64,000 nucleotides of DNA from Heterodontus francisci (Eukaryota): contig NW_027142279.1 of the NCBI RefSeq assembly GCF_036365525.1, forward strand, positions 620,001 to 684,000, written 5' to 3'. The position numbers and the translations under genes are program-made. How positions within the stretch are numbered: position 1 is the first letter of the stretch; each line of letters opens with the position of its first letter. Of this stretch, positions 50,616 through 62,379 are shown in pieces. The notes below the pieces were generated by a model. The model searched no databases. It had not been told where the DNA came from and saw only the letters and a program-made list of their open reading frames with translations.

Positions 50616-51552
50616 TTTGATCCTCCCTGATGGTGATGGGCACAGTAATGAGCACAGACCAAGCTGTAGAATAGATCAGCAGCCCAGTGTGACCCAGATA
50701 TTGTTGCACCTACTTCCCTCGGGCCAATGTTGCAGAAAACGTTTGCCAGGAGTCCCACCTGACCATTTGTGAATCAACATCTGGCTGTTTTTCTTAATTC
50801 GTTCATGGAATGTGGGCCTCGCTGGCTCGGCCAGCACTTATTGCCCATCCCTGATTGCCCTTGAACTGACTGACTTGCTTGGCCATTCCAGAGGGCATTT
50901 AACGGTCAACCACATTGTGTGGATCCGGAGTCACATGTAGACCAGACCAGGTGAAGGCGGTAGATTTCCTTCCCTAACATCAGTGAACGAGATGGATTGT
51001 TGCAACAATGGTCACCATTAGACGAGATTCTTTTGAAAATATAGATTTATTAATGACATTGAAATGTCTTTATTTGTGTTGGTGGGATTCACCCCCCCCC
51101 CCCCCTCCCCCGCCCCACGTCGCTATAACTCTAGCCGAGGCTGTGGATTAAGAATCTAGTCAAGTCAGCCACACACTAATACATCCCCTACAGGAGCAGA
51201 TCATTTGGAATCCAGATGTCTATAATTGGAAATCTACATGTGGCTAATGTGGGAATGCCGATGAGGTTCATAACGTACAATTGGAGATTTCTAATCAGCA
51301 AATTAGAAACTGAACAACAGACACCCTTGTTGGGGATGTTAACAACACTTACTCCAGTCACTCAACCATCATAAGCAACCACGTCCATTCTGATTGGTTG
51401 GGTGCTGGAAGGGGCGTGTCCAACACTGCATTACTTCCTCATGCCCTTCATGTTTTACTCAATGACTTGGAAAGAGCGGATTGGTTAGTCACAGAACTGA
51501 TTTCCTCTGTTCCACTTCCTTTGCTGTTTGAGAGGGCAGTGTCAAGTGGGAG

Positions 51553-51935
51553 ATGTATCTGTTCCTGGCTCTGATAATCCTGGTTCAAGGATACAAAGAT
51601 TATCCTTCAGAACCTTCCTGTCTTCTCCCTGTCTCCCTTCCATTCCCAGAAGTTCCCTGTTTACTGATCTCCTCCTCTCTCCATCTCTCTCCCAGATGTG
51701 AACTCACAGACTATCCACCAGACTCCCGCCGCAGTCTCCAGGTTTCCCGAGAAATGAGTGGAACTGAGGTGCACCGTGGAGGGGAGCAGCAGTCACCTCT
51801 CCATGTACTGGTACAGACAAGAGCCGGGGAAGGAGCCGCTGTTGATGTTTTACTCCAGTACTGTTAACTATGTGGATCCAGAGGGGACGGTGGGCGGTTT
51901 CACCGCCGAGAGACCGACTGACTCCCAGTTCAACC
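51553..51935 (+). pseudogene. TRBV: TRBV30-like V pseudogene (donor lost, FR1 stop, 3' end and RSS deleted)
   Basis: Leader MYLFLALIILVQ followed by GA instead of GT; V exon from 51696 with PEK*VELRC; breaks at QFNL into downstream flank sequence. Confidence 0.9.
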
Positions 51936-51959
51936 TTTGCTCCAGAAAGGAGAAGACTG

Positions 51960-52088
51960 NNNNNNNNNNNNNNNNNNNNNNNNNNNNNNNNNNNNNNNNN
52001 NNNNNNNNNNNNNNNNNNNNNNNNNNNNNNNNNNNNNNNNNNNNNNNNNNNNNNNNNNNNNNNNNNNNNNNNNNNNNNNNNNNNNNNN
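51960..52088. other. Assembly gap (129 N)
   Basis: Run of n. Confidence 1.
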
Positions 52089-53219
52089 TCACTGTGTTTC
52101 CTTTCTCCAAAGGGACAGCAGAGTGCACTGTAGGACCATGATAAACATCAGAGTCTGCAACACACTTTAACAATGACCTGGGAACACAAGGAGACCATTC
52201 ATCACCTCGGAAAAACTCCGACCTTCAATGAGATCAGGAATGATCAATAACTTCCTGTCGCTCCCTCTCTCCATCCCTCTTTCTCCATCCCTCTCTCCAT
52301 CCCTCTCTCCATCCCCCTCTTTCCCCCTCTCGCCATCCCTCTTTCTCCATCCCCACTCTCCCTCTCTCTCCCTCCCTCTCTCTCCCACTAGCTACAAAGC
52401 CGGTGTAAAATGAGAGAATGCCAATTAACATCCCTGTCTTTTACATGGGCAGTGACTGCCTCTCTATCTAGCTCGCTAAATCTCTACCTATCTGACTTTC
52501 CCTCTATCTCTGTATTTCTCTACCTCTCTATATATCTATCTGTGTACCTGACTGTCTATCTATCTATCTCTCTACCTGGTTATCTATCGCTCTTTCTCGC
52601 TATCTATCTAACTCTATCTTTAGCTGATTACAGTTTGTATGAACTGATTAAACATACTGTAATAATGAAATGAATGACCATCTTTTCATAGATTAACTAT
52701 ATATTGACCATATATGATGTGGTTTGTCATCAATTATCTATCAAAATCCTCTATGATCTTCAATGTCTGTATCACATCTACCATTAACCTTCTGTGCTGC
52801 AAGTAGAGAAACCCCCACATTCTCCAGTCTCTCCACAGTAACTGAAGTCCCTCATCCCTGGCACCAGTCTGGTTAATATCCCTCTCACCTTCACTGCACA
52901 GAGGGGAACAACCCCCAATGCACAGGGACTCAATACATCCGGTGATAAAACACAGAGACAGAGAGGGTGAATCAGGGAGACATAGAGAGGAAAAACTCAG
53001 CGTAAATGAACGGGACAGAGGGAGACAGAGAGAGAACGACACACACACACACACACACAGATACAGAGTGAGAAAGAGATTGAAAGAGTTGGAGACATAA
53101 AGCTCGATACATGCAGAGAGAGAGAGAGAGAGATAGAAACAAAGTGTAAGAAAGAGAGAGGAAGGCGGATTGAGATAGATAGAGAGAGAGACGTTGTCAA
53201 CCTACTCCACTCTAACTTG

Positions 53220-53367
53220 TTGACCTGGGCGTCACCATCTCTGCATCACTTCCTAATGCTCTTCCTGTTCCTCCCAATGATTTGTAAAGAGTGGGTTGGT
53301 TATTAACAACACTCATCACTCCTGCTCTCTCCCCTTTGCAGATTCAGAAGGCAGCTTAAAGTAAAAG
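53220..53367 (+). promoter_or_regulatory. Conserved V promoter block (CRE half-site-like tgggcgtca, ETS-like cacttcct); homologues upstream of the leaders at 44997, 51553, 57970, 60258, 61924
   Basis: Block recurs about 110-140 bp upstream of each plus-strand TRBV30-like ATG. Confidence 0.6.
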
Positions 53368-53840
53368 ATGTATCTGTTACTGACTCTGATCACCCTGTTT
53401 CACCGTAAGGGATTTTATTGAAACAATAATTCTACTTAACATTTCTTTCGTTGTATTTATTTTTGATTCTCTCTCTCTCTTCTCTCTCCCCAAGGCACTG
53501 AATGTCCCTGTTTACTGATCTCTCTGTCTCTTTCCCAGATGTGAACTCACAGACTATCCACCAGACTCCCACCGCTGTCTCTAAATTGCCTGGTGAGAGA
53601 GTGGAACTGAAGTGCACTGTGCAGGGCAGCAGCACCAGTATCCTATACATGTACTGGTACAGACAATACCCAGGGAAGGAGCCGCAGATGATGTTTTACT
53701 CTATCGCTGCACAAAACGTGAAATCAGAGGGGATGGTGGACGGTTTCACCGCCGAGAGACCGAGTAACTTCGACTTCAACCTGGAGTCCTCCAGCCTGCG
53801 GGAGGATCACTCGGCCGTGTATTTCTGTGCCTGGAGTCTT
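53368..53840 (+). CDS. TRBV: Intact TRBV30-like V segment (leader 53368..53404, V exon 53539..53840)
   Basis: MYLLLTLITLFH/HVNSQTIHQTP...KCTV...WYRQ...HSAVYFCAWSL; RSS CACAGTG(53841)-23-ACAAAAACC(53871..53879). Confidence 0.94.
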
Positions 53841-53924
53841 CACAGTGACTCAGAGAGATGGAGCAGTTCAACAAAAACCTCAAAGGCAGCAGGAAACACC
53901 TGTGGAAGATAAAACTGCTCGGAG

Positions 53925-55592
53925 CCGAGTACTTCTTTCGTTTAGCAGAGCGAAAGAATACTGAGATTCAGGCTACTAGGCTAGATGGGATTGAGGTTCA
54001 CAAGGAGGAGGTGTTAGCAATTTTGGAAAGTGTGAAAATAGATAAGTCCCCTTGGCCAGATGGGATTTATCCTAGGATTCTCTGGGAAGCCAGGGAGGAG
54101 ATTGCAGAGCCGTTGTTGTTGATCTTTATGTCATCATTGTCGACAGGAATAGTGCCGGAAGACTGGAGGATAGCAAATGTTGTCCCCTTGTTCAAGAAGG
54201 GGAGTAGAGACAGCCCTGGTAATTATAGACCTGTGAGCCTTACTTCGGTTGTGGGTAAAATGTTGGAAAAGGTTACAAGAGACAGGATTTATAATCATCT
54301 TGAAAAGAATAAGTTCATTTGCGATAGTCAGCACGGTTTTGTGAAGGGTAGGTCGTGCCTCACAAACCTTATTGTGTTTTTCGAGAAGGTGACCAAACAG
54401 GTGGATGAGGGTAAAGCCGTGGATGTGGTGTATATGGATTTCAGTAAGGCGTTTGATAAGGTTCCCCACGGTAGGCTTTTGAAGAAAATACGGAAGTATG
54501 GGGTTGAAGGGGATTTAGAGCTTTGGATCAGAAATTGGCTAGCTGAAAGAAGACAGAGGGTGGTGGTGAATGGCAAATGTTCATCCTGGAGTTTAGTTAC
54601 TAGTGGTGTACCGCAAGGATTTGTTTTGGGGCCACTGCTGTTTGTCATTTTTATAAATGACTTGGAAGAGGGTGTAGAAGGGTGGGTTAGTAAATTTGAG
54701 GATGTCACTAAGGTCGGTGGAGTTGTGGATAGTGCCGAAGGATGTTGTAGGGTACAGAGGGACATAGATAGGCTGCAGAGCTGGGCTGAGAGATGGCAAA
54801 TGGAGTTTAATGCGGAAAAGTGCGAGGTGATTCACTTTGGAAGGAGTAACAGGAATGCAGAGTACTGGGCTAATGGGAAGATTCTTGGTAGTGTAGATGA
54901 ACAGAGAGATCTTGGTGTCCAGGTGCATAAATCCCTGAAGGTTGCTACCCAGGTAAATAGGGCTGTTAAGAACGCATATGGTGTGTTAGCTTTTATTAGT
55001 AGGGGGATCGAGTTTCGGAGCCACGAGGTCATGCTGCAGCTGTACAAAACTCTGGTGAGACTGCACCTGGAGTATTGCGTGCAGTTCTGGTCACCGCATT
55101 ATAGGAAGGATGTGGAAGCTATGGAAAGGGTGCAGAGGAGATTTACTAGGATGTTGCCTGGTCTGGAGGGAAGGTCTTACGAGGAAATGTTGAGTGACTT
55201 GAGGTTGTTTTCGTTGGAGAGAAGGAGGAGGAGAGGTGACTTAATAGAGACATATAAGATAATCAGAGGGTTGGATAGGGTGGATAGTGAGAGTCTTTTT
55301 CCTCGGATGGTGATGGCAAACACGAGGGGACATAGCTTTAAGTTGAGGGGTGATAGATATAGGACAGATGTCAGAGGTAGTTTCTTGACTCAGAGAGTAG
55401 TAGGGGCGTGGAACGCCCTGCCTGCAACAGTAGTAGACTCGCCAACTTTAAGGGCATTTAAGTGGTCATTGGATAGACATATGGATGAAAATGGAATAGT
55501 GTAGGTCAGATGGTTTCACAGGTCGGTGCAACATCGAGGGCCGAAGGGCCTGTACTGCGCTGTAATGTTCTAATTCTAATTCTAATTCTAAT
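53925..55592 (+). mobile_element. Young 5'-truncated CR1 LINE with an uninterrupted RT reading frame
   Basis: ORF 53858..55504 NYRPVSLTSVVGK, QHGFVKGRSCLTNL, DFSKAFDKV, PQGFVLGP; catalytic FADD reads FEDV; (ttctaa)n tail. Confidence 0.95.
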
Positions 55593-55709
55593 AACAAAAA
55601 CACCAAAGGCAGCAGGAAAGATTTGTAAAGAGTGGATTTGGACCCTCACAAGACTCTAAGCTCCTACTGTCACTCCTGTGTCTATTAAGAGAACAAGTTA
55701 CAGTGAAAG

Positions 55710-56198
55710 ATGTATCTGTTACTGGGTCTGATAATCCTGTTTCACTGTAAGTGAGTATGAAATGCAAAGATTATCGTTAATAACCTTCCTCTCCTCTCCC
55801 TGTCTTCCTTTCATTCCCAGAAGTTCCATGTTTACTGATCTCCTCCTCTGTCCATCTCTGTCCCAGATGTGAACTGACAGACTATCCACCAGACCCCTGC
55901 CGCTGTCTCCAGATTTCCCGGGAAAGGAGTGGGACTGAGGTGCACTGTGGAGGGGAGCAGCAGTAGCATCTCCATGTACTGATACAGACAACACCCGGGG
56001 AAGGAGCCGCTGTTGATGTTTTACTCCAGTACTGCTAACTATGTTGGTCCAGAGGGGACGGTGGAAGGTTTTACCGCCGAGAAACTGAATAAGTACGAGT
56101 TCAAACTCGAGTCCTCCAGCCTGCGGGAGAATCACTCGGCCGTGTATTTCTGTGCCTGGAGTCTTCACAGTGAGAGATGGAGCAGTTCAACAAAAACC
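55710..56198 (+). pseudogene. TRBV: TRBV30-like V pseudogene (two stops, 17-bp RSS spacer)
   Basis: Leader 55710..55746; V exon 55867..56165 with VN* and MY*YRQ; CACAGTG(56166)-17-ACAAAAACC. Confidence 0.93.
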
Positions 56199-56709
56199 CC
56201 AAAGGCAGCAGGAAACACCTGTTTCAGATAAAACCAGGCTGTGCTGCGTCCTGTTGGGTGTTTTTGGCATTGGAAAAGTGTTTTTCACAAGAAGACAGGG
56301 CGGATTTAAACAGAAAGTGAGAGGTTAGATATAGAAGCACAGGGGAATTGTGAAATCGACTTTACAGGAATGATATCGGAACAAAGATAGTTTGAACATC
56401 TTTGCTCCAGAAAGGAGAAGACTGAAGGGTGAACATTCATAGTTCTTAGAAAGCTTATGAAAGGGTTTAATGTGTGAAGTGAAGATCAGATAGGTAGGGA
56501 GATAGGTCGATAGGTAGCTGGCAGGCAGACAGACACTGTTGTGTTTTATTCACTGACTGTGTTGTCTTTCTCCAAAGGGACAGCAGAGGGCGGTGTAGGA
56601 CCGTGATAAGTATCAGATTATTGATGATGTTTCAACAGGGACTTTGAAACTTGTCTATGAACCTCTCCTGATAATTATAAAACTACATCCCGGTTACAGT
56701 CTGGTGAAC

Positions 56710-57350
56710 TGAACACAAGGAACTGCAGATGCTGGATGGTTTAGGTTCTGGATGGTTTAGGTCACTATATTGGAGCTCATTGCGTTTCTGGGGTATAAAT
56801 AAATAAGGATGGAAATACTAATCAGGTCAGACAGCCTCTGTGGAGAGAGACAAAACATTAACATATCAGGTCGTAGACCTTTCAACAGAACTGGAAGGAT
56901 TTAGAGGTCTATCAGCTATTAAGCAGCAGAAAGCCAGGGAGAGGGAGAATGGGAGGAATGCAGGAGAGACATAATGACAAAACTGAGGCTGGTGCATGAC
57001 AAAGGGGATGTTAATGGGTCAAGTAAAGAACAAGAGATGGGTCTAGAGGAGATGGAAATGGCAGAAACACAATTATTACCAACAAACCTCTGCCCATATA
57101 AACCGGAGCAGTTGTTACGATCAGAAATTGTTTAACTCATTGTTGAGCCCAGAAAGCTGCAAAGTATCCAATTGAAAGATGATGTGCTTTTCTTCGAGTT
57201 TCTGTTGAGCTTCACTGGAGCAGAGAAGGAGGTCGAGGACAGAGAGGTCAGGGTGGGAGTGGGAATGAGAATTAAAAGTATCCGCTAACCGGAATCTCAG
57301 GGTCACACTTGCAGCCTGAATGCAGGATGTTCCACAATGCTGTCACCCTG
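56710..57350 (-). mobile_element. Penelope-like element remnant (GIY-YIG C-terminus)
   Basis: FNSHSHSHPDLSVLDLL...KLEEKHIIFQLDTLQLSGLN. Confidence 0.65.
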
Positions 57351-57969
57351 TTGCTGTACTTGGTCTCTGCAGCTAGTCGCACTCCTCCTGCCCTTTCTAA
57401 ATAACACTGCATATTTTCCTTACACATAATTATTCAAATTTCCTTTTGAAAGCGACGATTGAATCTGCCTCCCCCGCACTCTCAGGTAGTGCATTCCAGA
57501 TCCTAACCATTCACTGTGTCAAAACGTTTCCTCAGTTCACCTTTGGATCTTCTGCCAATTACCATCAATAAGTGGCCTCTGGTTCTCAATCAATCCGGTG
57601 ATGAAACATAGAGACAGAGAGGGTGAATCAGGGAGACGTCGTGAGGAAAAGCTCAGTGGAAATGAACGGGACAGAGGGACACAGAGACAGAAAGATGCAC
57701 ACACACACAAACACACACAGATGCAGAGAGAGAAAGAGAGTGAAAGAGTTGTAGACATAAAGCTGGATGTATGCAAATAGAGAGAGAGAGAGACATTGTC
57801 AACCTACTCCACTCTGACTTGTTTACCTGGGCGTCACCATCTCTGCATCACTTCCTAATGCTCTTCCTGTTCCTCCCAATGATTTGTAAAGAGTGGGTTG
57901 GTTATTAACAACACTCATCACTCCTGCTCTCTCCCCTTTGCTGATTCAGAAGGCAGCTTAAAGTAAATG

Positions 57970-58443
57970 ATGTATCTGTTACTGACTCTGACCAACCTGT
58001 TTCACCGTAAGGCATTTTATTGAAACAATAATTCTACTTAACATTTCTTTAGGTGATGTTTTTATTTATTTATTTCTCTCTTTCTCTCTCCCACTGGACT
58101 GAAGTTCCCTGTTTACTGATCTCCTCCTCTCCATGTCTCTTTCCCAGATGTGAACACACAGACTATCCACCAGACTCCCGCCGCTGTCTCCAAATTTTCT
58201 GAGGAGCAGGTGAAGCTGAAATGCACCGTGCAGGGCAGCAGTAACCCTGACATGTTCTGGTACAGACAATACCCGGGGAAGGAGCCACAGTTTATGTTTT
58301 ACTCCACAGGTACTGATCACATAAATCCGGAGAAGGCGGTGGACGGTTTCACCGCCGAGAGACCGACTAGCTCCCAGTTCAATCTGGAGCCCTCCAGCCT
58401 GCGGAAGAATCACACGGCAGTGTATTTCTGTGCCTGGAGAGAT
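57970..58443 (+). CDS. TRBV: TRBV30-like V with an open reading frame but defective heptamer (leader 57970..58006, V exon 58148..58443)
   Basis: ...KCTVQGSSNPDMFWYRQ...HTAVYFCAWRD; RSS TACAGTG(58444)-23-ACAAAAACC. Confidence 0.9.
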
Positions 58444-60257
58444 TACAGTGACTCAGAGAGTTGGAGCAGTTCAACAAAAACCACAAAGGCAGCAGGAAAC
58501 ACCTGTGGAGGGTAAAACTGCCCGAAGCCTCGAATTTCTTTTGTTTTGCAGAGCGAAAGTGTTTATGATAACAAGAAGAGATGGGTCAGAGTGGTAGTGA
58601 GAGATTAGATATACAGGTAGTAGAGAATGTGCTAAGAACAATTGACAAGGATAACACGAGATCTGAGGTTCTAACTATCAGGAAAGATCAATTATAAAAC
58701 GACTTGAGTTCTTCTGCATTGACACTGAGTTTTCCTCCTCTGTAGGGTTAACAGAGGGTGCTCTAGGACCATGAATACACAATGGCCTGGCAAACATTTA
58801 ATAGGAAAACAGAAAGAGGCAGAGATCATACAGCCCTCGAGCTTCATACACATTGACAGGAGAAGCACATTCATCACCTTCGAGAGGGATACACACACAC
58901 TCAACGAGAGAGACAAAGAGAAGGAGACCGAGTGTGTGAGAGAGGGATAGAACAAGATTGAGAGGAAAACTGACAGCGACAGAGAGACTGAGACAGAGAG
59001 ACAGAGACTGGGACAGATAGACGGAGACAAAGAGACAGAGAGACTGAGCCTGAGACAGAGAGAGACTGAGAGAGAGACTGAGAAAGAGAGATTGAGACAG
59101 AGAGGAGAAGAGAGAGGAGAGCGAGGAGGACAGAGAGGGGGAACAAGAAAGAGCGAGAGGGAAAACAAAAAACACAGAGGAAGAGACTGAGACAGGGACA
59201 CTGAGACAGAGAGACAGAGAGAGAGACTGAGAGACAGAGCGAGACAGAGAGTGAGAGAGGGACAGAGAGAGAGAGCGTTAGAGAGACTGAGAGAGAGAGA
59301 CTGAGAGAGAGAGACTGAGAGAGAGACTGAGAGAAAGCGACTGAGGGAAAGCGACTGAGACATAGAGACAGACAGAGGAGAGAGAGGAGGACAGAGAGGG
59401 GGAAGAAGGAAGTGCGAGAGAAAAGCAAAAAAAACACAGAGGAAGAGAGTGAGACAGATTGGGTGACAGACACACACACACACAGAATGAGACAGGGAGA
59501 GAAAGACAGGAAGCACTAAAACAGAGGGAGACAGTGAACTAAAGACAGAGCGAGTGAAAAACACACGCACACACATGCACAGCTTTGTATCCGTGCCCAT
59601 TCATCTTCCAACTCATTGAATAAGAATATCCCGTGATCTCAGGATTGTAACTATCAGGAAAGAATAACAATAAAAGGACTGGGGCTGTTATAGACTGACA
59701 CTGTTTATGTTTTGACCACAGGGACAGCTGAGGAAGCTCTAGGACCATGTGATGTACAATGGCTTTTGAGAAGGAGTTCACAGGAAAACTGAAACAGTGA
59801 GAGAACATACAGTCCTCCAGGTTGATATACATGACCAGGAGAAGGAAATCCACATCCTTAGAGAGAGAGAAGAGAGAGAGAGACACACACACAGCGAGAG
59901 AGACAGAGAGACAAACAAAGAGAGAGAGAGAGACCTAATGTGTGTGTATCTGTGAGAGAGAGACTGAAATAAACAGACTGAGACATATAGGGAGGCATAG
60001 AAGAGAGACAGAGAGGAAGAAAGGAGCATCACAAGTAAAGGACAGGGAGAGACAGAGAGAGAGAGAAAGTGTGACATTGGCAACCAACTCGATTCTCATT
60101 TGTTGATGTGGGAAATGAACGTCACCATCTCTGCCTCACTTCCTAATGCTCTCCCTGTTCCTCCCAATGATTTGTAAAGAGTGGGTTGGTTATTGACAAC
60201 ACTGATCACTCCTGCTCTCTCCCCTTTGCAGATTCAGAGGGCAGCTTAAAGTAAAAG

Positions 60258-60742
60258 ATGTATCTGTTACTGACTCTGATCACCCTGTTTCACCGTAAGG
60301 AATTTTATTGAAACAATAATTCTACTTAACATTTCTTTAGGATATGGTTTTATTTATTTCGTTCTCTCCTTCTCTCTCTTTCTCTCTCCCCACTGGACTG
60401 AATTTCCCTGTTTATTGATCTCCTCCTCTCCCTGTCTCTTTCCCAGATGTGAACTCACAGACTATCCACCAGACTCCCGCCTCTGTCTCCAAATTTTCTG
60501 AGGAGCAGGTGAAGCTGAAATGCACCGTGGATGGCACCAGTAACCCTTACATGTACTGGTACAGACAATACCCGGGGAAGGAGCCACAGCTGATGTTTTA
60601 CTCCCTAACTGCACAAAGGGAGAACTCAGAGGGGACGGTGGAGGGTTTCACCGCCGAGAGACCGACTGACTCCAAGTTCAACCTGGAGTCCTCCAGCCTG
60701 CGGGAGAATCACTCGGCCGTGTATTTCTGTGCCTGGAAAGAC
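60258..60742 (+). CDS. TRBV: Intact TRBV30-like V segment (leader 60258..60294, V exon 60447..60742)
   Basis: SQTIHQTPASVSKFSEEQVKLKCTVDGTSNPYMYWYRQ...HSAVYFCAWKD; RSS CACAGTG(60743)-23-ACAAAAATC(60773..60781). Confidence 0.94.
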
Positions 60743-61679
60743 CACAGTGACTCAGAGAGATGGAGCAGTTCAACAAAAATCCCAAAGGCAGCAGGAAACA
60801 CCTGTGGGGGATAAAACCGTTTGGTGCCTCTACCTGCTGTTTCCTTATGCAGAGTGAAAGTGTTTGTTACAAAAAAAAGAGTTGAGTTATGATTATAGTG
60901 ACACACTAGATTAACAGGTACTGCCGAGGGTGCAATGAACGATTAATGAGGATGTCACGAGATCTCAGAATGTAACTATCAGGAATCAATGACAATAATC
61001 TGGGTTTTTATGCACTGACCCTGTGTTTACCTTCTCCACAGGGACAGCAGAGGGGGATCCTGGACCATGGACCAGACAATGGCTTTGAGAAGGATTTAGT
61101 GAGACAACTAAGATAGCAGGAGATCATGTCGATCCAGCTTGATACACATTAGCAGGACAAGGACACCCACTCCTTTAGAGAGAGAAAGAGAGTGCATGTG
61201 TGTAAAAGAGAGAGCGAGGTTCAGTGAGTGAGAGGAAAAACGACAGACAGAGTTAAAGTGACTGAGACAGAGAGGGAGAAGGAGATAGAGGCAAAGACAG
61301 TGAGACAGCAAGAGACACATAATGAGAGAGAGAGGGACACTGAGAGAGAGACGGAGAGAAAGAGAGACTGTGATAAAGAGCCTGCGATGGATAGGGAGAT
61401 AGATCTAGAGAGAGGCAGAGAAAGGGAAATAACTAAAGAGATAACAAGAGTATGAGAGAGGGAGAGTCAGAGAGAAGGAGAGAATGGGAGACATAACCTT
61501 AGATACATGAGGAGAGAGGGAGAGTCAGAGAGAGAAAGTGAGTGAAGATAGACTGAGATAGAGAGGGAGAGAGAGTCTGAGAAAGGAAGAGAGTGGGAGA
61601 CATATCCCGAGACACATGAGGTGAGAGAGAGAGAGAGGCAGAGAGAGAGTGCAAGAGAGCGGAAGGTAAACTCTGATAG

Positions 61680-61736
<57 letters not shown>

Positions 61737-61923
61737 CAGATTGGCAGCCAATACAATTCTGATTTGTTGAACTGGGTGAATGGGCGTCTCCATCATTGTA
61801 TCAGTTCCTAATGCTCTTCATGTTCCTCCCAATGATTTGTAAAGAGTGGATTTGGACCTTCACAAGACTCTAAGCTCCTGCTCTCACTCCTGTGTCTATT
61901 AAGAGAACAAGTTGAAGTGAAAG

Positions 61924-62379
61924 ATGTATCAGTTACTGTGTCTGATAATCCTGTTTCATTGTAAGTGAGCATGAAATACAAAGATTATCGTTAATAACCT
62001 TCCTCTCCTCTCCCTGTCTCCCTTTCATTCCCAGATGCTCCCTGTTTACTGATCTCCTCCTCTCTCCATCTCTCTCCCAGATGTGAACTCACAGACTATC
62101 CACCAGACTCCCGCCGCTGTCTCCAGATTTCCCGGGAAAGGAGTGGAACTGAGGTGCACTGTGGAGGGGAGCAGCAGTACCCTCTACATGTTTTGGTACA
62201 GACAAGAGCCGGGGAAGGAGCCGCTGTTGATGTTTTACTCCAGTATTGCTAACTATGTGGATCCAGAGGGGACGGTGGATGGTTTCACCGCCGAGAGACC
62301 GAATGAGTACGAGTTCAACCTGGAGTCCTCCAGCCTGTGGGAGAATCACTCGGCCGTGTATTTCTGTGCCTGGAGTCTT
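61924..62379 (+). CDS. TRBV: Intact TRBV30-like V segment (leader 61924..61960, V exon 62081..62379)
   Basis: SQTIHQTPAAVSRFPGKGVELRCTVEGSSSTLYMFWYRQ...HSAVYFCAWSL; RSS CACAGTG(62380)-23-AGAAAAACC(62410..62418). Confidence 0.93.

Noticed and set aside
53858-55504. Active reverse transcriptase or V-RT fusion gene
   Set aside because: 5'-truncated, no endonuclease, catalytic FADD reads FEDV; the ORF start lies fortuitously in the RSS spacer and in a different frame from the V.
58692-59600. Leu/Ser-rich ORFs (also 8612-9256, 14593-15231)
   Set aside because: Translations of (GA/CT)n low-complexity DNA.
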